Positions 56,268 to 64,000 of a DNA stretch of 64,000 nucleotides are shown here, one piece after another. Position numbers and translations under genes: made by a program. Every line of letters starts with the position of its first letter. Within the stretch, counting starts at the first letter, position 1. Source of the DNA: Candidatus Daviesbacteria bacterium (lineage in GTDB: Bacteria; Patescibacteriota; Microgenomatia; Daviesbacterales; UBA10151); the NCBI GenBank assembly GCA_016176465.1, contig JACOXD010000003.1, positions 1,824 to 65,823 on the forward strand. Direction: 5' to 3'. The notes under the pieces are model-generated. The model was given only the letters and a program-made list of their open reading frames with translations. It was not told the origin of the DNA and made no database searches.

Positions 56268-58631
56268 TTATAGTTTTGCCCTAGATGCTATCTCTGCCTC
56301 TACTGCTCTTTTATCCCTTCCATAAGTTAACCTGGATAACTCTTTAATTGCCCTTCCCACCTCTGGCCTCATCATGGCATACCAAGCTTTCATATCTTTT
56401 TGAACGTTTAGAGAAAAAGGTGGAATTGGCTCTCCATGAACTTGGGTTTTAACATATAAAGTGTGAGCAGCAATATTAACTAAATCTTGTTCATTAAAAA
56501 TGGGTGCAAATTCATGTTGTAAAAAGTTAGCATCTGTTACACCTACCCTATATGCCATGACAGTTCCAACATTTCCAAAGATAGCATTTTTAATATTTTC
56601 ATCAATTTGTCCAATAAACTGGTTAGCTACTATTAAATTTAATTTATACTTTCTGGCTTCAGATAAAATGGAAGCAAAAGTGTCAGTGGCAAAGTTTTGG
56701 AATTCATCTACATAAAGGTAAAAATCCCGCCTTTTGTTCTCAGGTGTATCAGCCCGAGACATTGCTGTTGCTAAAATCCGAGGAACTAAAACTAATCCCA
56801 AAAAGTTAGAGTTATCCTCACCCATTTTTCCCTTGGATAAATTAACTATCAAGATTTTGCCATCATCCATAATTTTTCGTAAATCAAATGAAGGTTTTGA
56901 TTGACCAATTATATTTCTAATCATCATATTGGTAACAAATTTTCCAAACTTGGAAACAAAATAATCAAGCGTTTCAGATTTGTGAAACTCAGTTGTTTGA
57001 GCTATTTGATCTGTCCAGTATCTTCTAACAATAGGATCTGCTACTAAGGGCAAAATCTCTCTAACAAATTGTGGATCAGTTAGTGCCCTAACAACCTCAA
57101 TTAAAGTCCCACCAGGCATGGACATAACTGTTAAAAGCGAGTTTCGAACAGCATGCTCTAAGCGGGGACCAATAATCCCGGTATGGTTTGGATCATAAAG
57201 TTTATAAAGCAAACCAATGATTGATTCCACCACAAAATGTTTTTGCTGTTCGCTTATATGCTCCAGCATATTCATTCCAAAAGGACGCTCAACATCAGAG
57301 GGGTCCCAATAAACTACATCTTTTGCCCGATTTGGTGGAATTAAATTCAAAAGTTCATCTGCAGCATCACCGTGTGGATCAATAAAAGCCAAACCTTTAT
57401 TAGCTAAAACATCTTGCAAAGCAAGTGATAATAAAAACTGTGATTTACCAACGCCGGTTCTTCCAATAATGTACATATGACGCTGGCGATCGGAATCGGA
57501 AATATAAACCGGACGCTGTGTCCCTCTAAAAATAGACTTACCAAGGTATAGTCCAAACATTGGGATTTTCTCTGAAGCTGGAGCATGCCTGGCCGGAAGC
57601 CAGTAGATAAAGGGGGTTTCAATAGATTTATTTGGAAAATGAAAAATGGAGGCAATTTCATCTGATGTTAAAACAGGCAATTTTGAAAACATTGGCTGAT
57701 ACCGATAGATAAAATCAACCATGAATCCTTTTTCCGATCTAATTTTTGCCCCACTAAACCCATTGTAAGCTCCTGAGAATTGCTCAAAGGCTGAGCGTAT
57801 GTTAGATAAATGAGCTTTAGCAGTATCTTTGCTACTTGAGGAAACTACAATCCTTACTGCTACATTAAACCCAGGCTTAGAGAGTTTATTTTCTACAGCT
57901 TCCAGCTGTTTTTGATCAGGAGGAGCTTTAGGTTTATCTCCTGTTCCAGGATCCTTTTCTTTTTTCAAAAATGATTTACCCGAATCTTTCCAGTTACCCT
58001 CTGCTGGAGAGATCATAATTTGAATAGCGGCTCCCTCACCTGGTTGCATTTTGGCTAAGGCGGAGGTAATCGCGGATAAAGGATCAGTTGGTAATTCCCT
58101 ATATGTTTTAATTGGGAAGTAGTTGGTATTTTTTAGTTTTAACATGGCATAAGCTACTTGACCTTCTTCTGAGAAAATATTGTATTCTTGAACTTCCTTT
58201 ACTTCAGCATCAGGATAAGCTCCATTAATTTGTTTTTCGACTAAATCCTGGTGTTTTTTATGGCAAGCGATGTAAAATTTAATTGATTCATTTAAAGCAA
58301 TAATTTCAAAAGATAAATGCGGTTGGGGTTTTAAAAATCCAAATATTCCCCCGCCTGTTTTTATAGAATAAAAAGTAGCGAGAAGTTGCTCTGCGGCATC
58401 AATTTTTATCTCATTTCCCCTGGGAACCGATATTTGAAGTAAAACAAACTCCAAGGAATCTCTTTCTCTATTTTTATACTTAATCCAACCAATAATTAAA
58501 GGAGATAAAAAATATAAAGCTAAAGCTACACCTGCAAAAATAAATAAGAAAATAAAAATAGATCCCAGTAAGGATAAGAAATCTATGTTAGTAGTGGTGG
58601 TTTGACTTGTAACTGCTCCGGTATATTCCAT
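56268..58631 (-). CDS. VirB4/TraG/HerA-like P-loop ATPase with N-terminal TM
   Basis: RHMYIIGRTGVGKS, FIDPHGD, LYVDEFQNF, SEARKY, ANQFIGQ. Confidence 0.88.
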   Translation of the reverse strand: MEYTGAVTSQTTTTNIDFLSLLGSIFIFLFIFAGVALALYFLSPLIIGWIKYKNRERDSLEFVLLQISVPRGNEIKIDAAEQLLATFYSIKTGGGIFGFLKPQPHLSFEIIALNESIKFYIACHKKHQDLVEKQINGAYPDAEVKEVQEYNIFSEEGQVAYAMLKLKNTNYFPIKTYRELPTDPLSAITSALAKMQPGEGAAIQIMISPAEGNWKDSGKSFLKKEKDPGTGDKPKAPPDQKQLEAVENKLSKPGFNVAVRIVVSSSSKDTAKAHLSNIRSAFEQFSGAYNGFSGAKIRSEKGFMVDFIYRYQPMFSKLPVLTSDEIASIFHFPNKSIETPFIYWLPARHAPASEKIPMFGLYLGKSIFRGTQRPVYISDSDRQRHMYIIGRTGVGKSQFLLSLALQDVLANKGLAFIDPHGDAADELLNLIPPNRAKDVVYWDPSDVERPFGMNMLEHISEQQKHFVVESIIGLLYKLYDPNHTGIIGPRLEHAVRNSLLTVMSMPGGTLIEVVRALTDPQFVREILPLVADPIVRRYWTDQIAQTTEFHKSETLDYFVSKFGKFVTNMMIRNIIGQSKPSFDLRKIMDDGKILIVNLSKGKMGEDNSNFLGLVLVPRILATAMSRADTPENKRRDFYLYVDEFQNFATDTFASILSEARKYKLNLIVANQFIGQIDENIKNAIFGNVGTVMAYRVGVTDANFLQHEFAPIFNEQDLVNIAAHTLYVKTQVHGEPIPPFSLNVQKDMKAWYAMMRPEVGRAIKELSRLTYGRDKRAVEAEIASRAKL

Positions 58632-59090
58632 TTATGCTGCTCCCCTTTGACCTTGGGATTTTAATTTATTTGGATCTACTAAAACAACTTTTGAACCTGG
58701 GTGGCGTTTATACATTTTCCCTTTTAATAATGTAAGGAAGGGTTTGTTCGCTCCGGTTTTGTCAGTGTGAGTAGGATCACCACTTTTTGTTAACTTATCA
58801 ATTGGATCACTGGCTACACTTCCTAAAACCTCTAAATGACCCTTTACTATATCAATTGGACCTTCTGACTCCTGAGCGCCTACACTTGTTTCTCCATCAT
58901 ATTGTGAACTTGTCTCAACTACTTCTTGAGTTGCTGGAGGTCTGGAATTATGTATTTCACTGGTAGCTTCCCTGGCTTGCTGATCTATTTTTTTATGAGA
59001 CTCTTCCAATTCCTCATCAACAACTGTTAAATAAGGAACTCTTTTTTCTTTTACAGATAGAGTATCACTTTCTTTTAGGGCAGATGACAT
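58632..59090 (-). CDS. Hypothetical low-complexity protein
   Basis: ORF abutting the ATPase; likely start MSSALKE 6 nt after TATAAT. Confidence 0.55.
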   Translation of the reverse strand: MSSALKESDTLSVKEKRVPYLTVVDEELEESHKKIDQQAREATSEIHNSRPPATQEVVETSSQYDGETSVGAQESEGPIDIVKGHLEVLGSVASDPIDKLTKSGDPTHTDKTGANKPFLTLLKGKMYKRHPGSKVVLVDPNKLKSQGQRGAA

Positions 59091-59150
59091 AAAATAATTA
59101 TAGCGCAACAGAGTAAAAGTAAGGAGAACTAGCTTATTAATTATACTATT

Positions 59151-59957
59151 TTAAAGCTGCTCTAGACCTTCTAGAACCCTTATCCATCTTTGCACCTCAG
59201 GTTTTTGTGCCATTTCCGGAGACCACATTCTTCCTTCTTGTATATATCTATCCATCCCCACTCTCTCTGAAACAAACCCATATATAGTTTCATTAACCCT
59301 ACTTTTATATCCTTGGCTATCCCAGCGAAGTTGCCAAGGAGTACAGCCAGCAATAGTATCTAGCACAAAAAGCATGAATTCAGTAAGCTGAATAGCCCGT
59401 CGGTTATAGGCCGGGCTAGCCGATGAATGATGATAAAATTTAACAGCAAGTGTTTGTTTTACAAAATCCTTACTACTATTAAACCCATCTACAAATCTAG
59501 TCCAACTAAAGCGATCTTCGGGAAACTTCGATAGATTTACTATTGTTTCTGGATCTAAAATCGGAGGTTTAATCTCGGGTAACCGATTAAGCTGTTGCCA
59601 TGCCTGATCCAAGCTATCTTTTACCTTTGCAGGTAATTGCTGAAAGTTTTGAGCTCGCTCCAGCACCTCAGCAATCATATGTCGTCGTAACACCTGTAGG
59701 TTAGTATGTAGTAGGACAAACGGACTATTTATAAATGCCCCCACCGGATCCTCTACAGCTACCAGTCCACCACTATTCTCCATAACATAGGTAGCAACCT
59801 CTATAGTGGGGAATACTCCTACTATCAATTGCTCATAATATCCGCTCATCAACCTATCATCTCTAGGACTAACTGTTTTGACATTTAATCCATGTTCCCG
59901 CTGAGCCTGTCTCCATTCCAAAACTCGATCTAGCGCTTCTAAATAACCCCCATTCAT
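59151..59957 (-). CDS. Hypothetical protein
   Basis: 268-aa ORF with a TTGACA-N17-TATTAT promoter overlapping the trxB stop. Confidence 0.6.
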   Translation of the reverse strand: MNGGYLEALDRVLEWRQAQREHGLNVKTVSPRDDRLMSGYYEQLIVGVFPTIEVATYVMENSGGLVAVEDPVGAFINSPFVLLHTNLQVLRRHMIAEVLERAQNFQQLPAKVKDSLDQAWQQLNRLPEIKPPILDPETIVNLSKFPEDRFSWTRFVDGFNSSKDFVKQTLAVKFYHHSSASPAYNRRAIQLTEFMLFVLDTIAGCTPWQLRWDSQGYKSRVNETIYGFVSERVGMDRYIQEGRMWSPEMAQKPEVQRWIRVLEGLEQL

Positions 59958-59990
59958 TGAGGCTGATAATATACTTAACTATAAGATATG

Positions 59991-60896
59991 TCAATCTAAA
60001 TATTCTTCTACATCTAAGGCTGCCATACACCCTGCTCCAGCTGCTGTTACTGCTTGCCTGTAGTGATGATCTGAAACATCCCCAGCTGCAAAAATCCCAT
60101 TTATGGATGTTTTAGTATGATTCTTAACAACTATATAGCCTTTTTCATCAAGCTCTATTTCTCCTGTTAAAAAGAAAGTGTTGGGTTTATGACCAATTGC
60201 GATAAATACTCCATCCATCTCTAGCTTACTAATCTTTCCTGTTTGAGTATTTTTTAATCTCACTCCCTTAACTTTTTCTTCTCCCAAAACTTCCTCTAAA
60301 GTAGTGTTCATCATAAATTCCACATTAGGTTTACTCCTAACCAAACTAACTAAAACAGGCTGAGCCCTAAACTCTTCACGACGATGGATTAAAATTATTT
60401 TTTTACCAAACTTGGCTAAATGTTGAGCCTCTCTCATTGCAGTATCTCCTCCTCCAACAACCAAAATATTTTTTTCCTTGAAAAAAAACCCATCACAAAC
60501 AGCACAGGCGGAAACCCCTTTACCAATAAGGCGTTGCTCCGATTCTAAATTCAACCACATTGCTGATGCTCCTGTGGCAATGATAACGCTTTTGGTTTTT
60601 AGCGTTTGGCTTTCGGTTTGGATTTCAAAAGGCCTATTCTTAAAATTAACTGACAAAACATCTTCATCTAAAAATTTTGTTTTGAATCTCTCTGCCTGGG
60701 CGCGCATTTTTAGCATTAAATCAGGACCCTGGATCCCCTCCGGAAATCCCGGGAAATCATCAACATCAGTTGTTAACATTAACTGCCCCCCAGCTCCTCT
60801 TCCAGAAATAACCAAAGGATCCAAATTTCCCCGGGATGCATAGATAGCAGCTGTTAAGCCAGCCGGACCAGAACCAATAATAACTACTTTTTCCAT
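59991..60896 (-). CDS. trxB: Thioredoxin reductase
   Basis: IIGSGPAG, CAVCDG, VGGGDTA, FAAGD. Confidence 0.96.
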   Translation of the reverse strand: MEKVVIIGSGPAGLTAAIYASRGNLDPLVISGRGAGGQLMLTTDVDDFPGFPEGIQGPDLMLKMRAQAERFKTKFLDEDVLSVNFKNRPFEIQTESQTLKTKSVIIATGASAMWLNLESEQRLIGKGVSACAVCDGFFFKEKNILVVGGGDTAMREAQHLAKFGKKIILIHRREEFRAQPVLVSLVRSKPNVEFMMNTTLEEVLGEEKVKGVRLKNTQTGKISKLEMDGVFIAIGHKPNTFFLTGEIELDEKGYIVVKNHTKTSINGIFAAGDVSDHHYRQAVTAAGAGCMAALDVEEYLD

Positions 60897-60960
60897 GAGA
60901 ATCTATCTTACTCTCATCTTTTTAAGAGAGCAACCTGGTAATCTATTTTGATTACCTAAT

Positions 60961-61224
60961 TTAACGAGGCGAAGCAGAAGTAGTGGCAACTATACCCGAG
61001 CTACTAGCTGGACTTCCCTTAGGAGTGATCTTAGGTGTAGCGCTGGGAGATGGTGATGGGCTAACCTGTATTGAGGGTGATGGACTTATCGTTACTTCTG
61101 GTTGTGGTGTCGGCGTCAGACTAACCTCGCCGGGGCTTAATACATAATTTCTTAGCCACCATAAATATAAGGCTAGCAAAACAACAATAACTATAATAAA
61201 TACTATTGTTAGGTTGCGGCTCAA
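60961..61224 (-). CDS. Small membrane-anchored Ser/Pro/Thr-rich protein
   Basis: SD GGGGGTGA; N-terminal TM followed by PSPSP repeats. Confidence 0.65.
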   Translation of the reverse strand: MSRNLTIVFIIVIVVLLALYLWWLRNYVLSPGEVSLTPTPQPEVTISPSPSIQVSPSPSPSATPKITPKGSPASSSGIVATTSASPR

Positions 61225-61354
61225 GTCAGATCACCCCCCTTAGGCAGAAATTTTCTCAAGTATATGATACCCTTGCAAATTTAGCAAAGCTTATTCGTAG
61301 AAAAGCTCTGCTTATTCCTGCTTGATTTTTTGACTTTGATATAATCTTAAAATC

Positions 61355-62062
61355 GTGAAGCTAAAACTAGTTAATAAAAAAGAGGAAACCCCCGGGGTTA
61401 TCTCTTTTTATTTTGCAAGCGAAATTCCAATTAATTGGACTGCCGGACAATTTTTATATTATGAAATATCTGATCCCAAACCAGATGATCGCTTAACCAG
61501 AAGATATTTCAGTATTTCCTCAGCTCCTTTTGAAAAATTAATCAGGCTAACTACCAAGTTTGTACCAGGAGATGGATCTACTTTTAAGAAAGACTTACTC
61601 AATTTAAAAATTGGTGATTTGGTTGAGGCTAGAGGGCCTAGCGGGGACTTTATACTGGAAGACACTAATGAGCAAAGTTCTCCTACGGATAAGGATTATG
61701 TATTTATAGCAGGAGGAATTGGTATTACCCCATTCCATTCTATTATTTTAGATCTAAATTATAAAAACTTACCCATTAATATTACCCTTTTATATGCCAA
61801 TAGAGATCAAAATATTTTATTTAAAAATGATTTAGAAGGAATTGCTAAATCCCACCCTGAATTTAAGATCTATTATGTTTTAGATCCACAAAGAATTGAT
61901 GCAAATATTATTAAACAATACATACCTGATATTTTAAAACCTATATACTATGTCTCTGGTCCTGAACCCATGGTTGAGGCAATGGAAAAAATAGTTTATG
62001 AGATGGGAGTGCCTAAAGAGCAGGTAAAAAGAGATTACTTCCCAGGATATACCTGGCCCTAG
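61355..62062 (+). CDS. FAD/NAD(P)-binding oxidoreductase (ferredoxin-NADP reductase-like)
   Basis: AGQF, RYFSISS, GPSGDF, AGGIGITPF, YVSGP. Confidence 0.9.
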   Translation: MKLKLVNKKEETPGVISFYFASEIPINWTAGQFLYYEISDPKPDDRLTRRYFSISSAPFEKLIRLTTKFVPGDGSTFKKDLLNLKIGDLVEARGPSGDFILEDTNEQSSPTDKDYVFIAGGIGITPFHSIILDLNYKNLPINITLLYANRDQNILFKNDLEGIAKSHPEFKIYYVLDPQRIDANIIKQYIPDILKPIYYVSGPEPMVEAMEKIVYEMGVPKEQVKRDYFPGYTWP

Positions 62063-62820
62063 GCTACTTTCTTTAGCTCTGCTTGCTTTGGTATTTCTTT
62101 TGAATCTAATACCTTTTCCAACTCTTTTTCTTTCATAACTCCTACTTTAGTACTCAATGGTGGTAGCAGAGGAGTCTCTTTGGGTGGACTAATATCAGCT
62201 GGCTGGATGAGTCTTTGAATTTCTGCTCCTAGTTCTATCCTTTTTAAAGGGTTATCGTTATTTAAATCATCAACATATTTAGTTATTTGCTCCTCAGCAG
62301 CCAACATAAATGGTCTTACTCTTTTTAGGGTTGTTGTCTCATCAAACTCGCCTTGGTCATTAATTGCAACCAAGATTTCTATTCTGGGGCTAGCGGGATC
62401 TTCAAAACTATAGTCTGCTATTTTATGATTATCTTTGCCGTGATAGAGGGAACCAATCCTAGGGTCACCATTCAAAAGAGTCTTTGCTTGCCAACCATGA
62501 ACTGCCTGTACCATAAAACGGTTTAGCTCAGAAGAGATCTTTAAAGGCAAATAAAATGGTTTAAAGCTTTGGGTTTGTTCTTGTCCTTTTTGCTGCCTCT
62601 CATAATCTTCAGTTAAAAACCAATCAGCACTATAATCATCTGGGGTAGGTTTAACTATAAAACTTTTAATCCGTTTTATAAATTCTTCTTCAACTTTTCT
62701 AACTATTTCATACCTACACATTTGTCCAACTAATTCATCCGCTTCAGTTTCATCTTTTCTGGGATTTGGGTTTTCAACAGCTGGATCCATATGACGAGGT
62801 GTTAATTCCAAAACAGCCAT
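62059..62820 (-). CDS. Hypothetical protein
   Basis: 253-aa ORF converging on the oxidoreductase. Confidence 0.6.
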   Translation of the reverse strand: MAVLELTPRHMDPAVENPNPRKDETEADELVGQMCRYEIVRKVEEEFIKRIKSFIVKPTPDDYSADWFLTEDYERQQKGQEQTQSFKPFYLPLKISSELNRFMVQAVHGWQAKTLLNGDPRIGSLYHGKDNHKIADYSFEDPASPRIEILVAINDQGEFDETTTLKRVRPFMLAAEEQITKYVDDLNNDNPLKRIELGAEIQRLIQPADISPPKETPLLPPLSTKVGVMKEKELEKVLDSKEIPKQAELKKVA

Positions 62821-62903
62821 AAACTAAAGCCATTCCATCAGGGGGCAAATCTCTGCTCGTATATATAATAGCAAACCACTTTTTAGGATTCTTGTCAAGA
62901 AAG

Positions 62904-63101
62904 TTAAACAAGTTCTTCAATATAGGATTTTCTCTGATTATTAGCTCTTTTCTTGCCTCCAATTCTACCAATGTCAGAATAAAAAGTTTCACCTTGAGAC
63001 TTGGCTGTAGCTTGTCCTCCTAGCCTACCTGCGCTAGCATGACCTTTGGAATTTCCATGCCAACCCCGACCCTTTGAGGAGCTTGATCTTAATCTTTGCA
63101 T
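62904..63101 (-). CDS. KGG/general stress protein (GsiB/YciG-like)
   Basis: GRGWHG, AGRLGGQAT, FYSDIGRIGG; SD AAGGAGGTGA. Confidence 0.8.
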   Translation of the reverse strand: MQRLRSSSSKGRGWHGNSKGHASAGRLGGQATAKSQGETFYSDIGRIGGKKRANNQRKSYIEELV

Positions 63102-63212
63102 GTCCCTCACCTCCTTAAAAAATTCTCTCTTAAGTTAGGATAATTAAAAAAGTTATGATAGTCACAAAAAATGGGTAAGGGTTTAGCAAGAAAATCTCTT
63201 AAAGGATTTTCA

Positions 63213-63563
63213 CTATACATGGACATGGCGATGCTTATCAGGATGTTCGTCTATAACGCGTGTTCTTCCGGCAGTTAGCGAATCAATAATTGCCATCAAT
63301 AGATAGCCAACTAATAAGTAAGCCAGAAGTGCCACAACTGCTACAGTATCTAGTATTGAATTGCCCTGTAATGATAGATTTGGGAAAATTCCAGAGAAAG
63401 GATAGACAAGCGTATCGCTAATAATATTAATCCAAGAAACTAAAGGAGTCGCTGGATTAGCACCAAATAGCCTTAAAACTATCCTCGCTCCCAAAAAAGC
63501 TACTACAACCAAAAGTACTAAATTAACTAATCTTGTTGCAGTTGATCTTATATCCCAGGCCAT
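63213..63563 (-). CDS. YggT-like membrane protein
   Basis: RIVLRLFGANP, SDTLVYPFSGIF; SD GGGAGGTGA. Confidence 0.75.
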   Translation of the reverse strand: MAWDIRSTATRLVNLVLLVVVAFLGARIVLRLFGANPATPLVSWINIISDTLVYPFSGIFPNLSLQGNSILDTVAVVALLAYLLVGYLLMAIIDSLTAGRTRVIDEHPDKHRHVHV

Positions 63564-63655
63564 TTATCTATCACCTCCCATTTAGCTATTAGTTTAACTC
63601 TCATAAGATAAGTTTTTGCTAAGAGTTGGTAAGAATTAAGAAAGAATTTGCTTGC

Positions 63656-64000
63656 TTAAATTTTAGATAAAATACTACTAGATGAGTGGTTGGAAACTGA
63701 GGGAACTAACACTAGTTTACCTCCCACTTTTTGAGCGCTTCTTTTTAAATATTTTATATCACTATTTCCTTTAGTTGAAACTATTATCTGAGGCTTTATT
63801 TTAACAACCAGTTCATCATATTCTCTTTCACTATCTAAAAAAGGTAGCAATATAATAAAATCAATGCTTTGCAATCCTGATAAGACTATTGCCCTGCTTA
63901 ATTGATCATTAACAGGTCGATTTAGCCCTTTTAGTCTTTTAATTTTTTCATCTGACTCTAGTAAAACTAAAAGCTTATCCCCTTTTTCTTTAGCTTTCTC
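63656..64000 (-). CDS. Cytidylyltransferase-like nucleotidyltransferase (RfaE-II/TagD-like), 5' end outside the window
   Basis: EKAKEKGDKLLVLLESDEKIKRLKGLNRPVN, SSSSIL. Confidence 0.8.
   Translation of the reverse strand, partial: EKAKEKGDKLLVLLESDEKIKRLKGLNRPVNDQLSRAIVLSGLQSIDFIILLPFLDSEREYDELVVKIKPQIIVSTKGNSDIKYLKRSAQKVGGKLVLVPSVSNHSSSSILSKI

Noticed and set aside
54115-58631. Recombinase, tRNA and VirB4-like ATPase read as an ICE or prophage
   Set aside because: No relaxase, mating-pair or phage genes; the recombinase lies outside the att-like repeat; such ATPases are commonly chromosomal in CPR.

Overview
A 64 kb, AT-rich, gene-dense segment of a small-genome bacterium. Gene content and style (archaeal/eukaryotic-type ATP-dependent ligase, compact PolA, cohesin-dockerin surface protein, VirB4-like ATPase, LYWGEG-family HTH protein, three-gene ATP-citrate-lyase-like cluster) point to a Patescibacteria/CPR genome, probably Microgenomates (inference). 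Most genes are on the minus strand: housekeeping genes (polA, recF, lig, ftsH, trpS, pth, tatD, trxB, pyrB, xer) interleaved with orphans. There are three tRNA genes: an initiator tRNA-fMet split by a 245-nt group I intron, a probable elongator tRNA-Met, and a rare tRNA-Ile(UAU). Main observations: (1) a surface-protein locus in which two proteins with unrelated N-termini end in the same PFLETTGGNxHSNxxIxLP peptide, followed by a separately secreted partner, suggesting a plug-and-socket adhesin system; (2) the last codons of polA recur twice downstream, bracketing integrase-free cargo cassettes (vapBC and a frameshifted orphan), and the tRNA-Ile 3' end is likewise duplicated; (3) short, often nested palindromes inserted in frame into many core enzymes; (4) a candidate ECF-sigma promoter motif in front of divergent enzymes in an isoprenoid cluster with a deleted uppS; (5) signs of widespread leaderless initiation. 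No CRISPR array, rRNA or transposase was recognised. All calls are by eye; no database searches were run.
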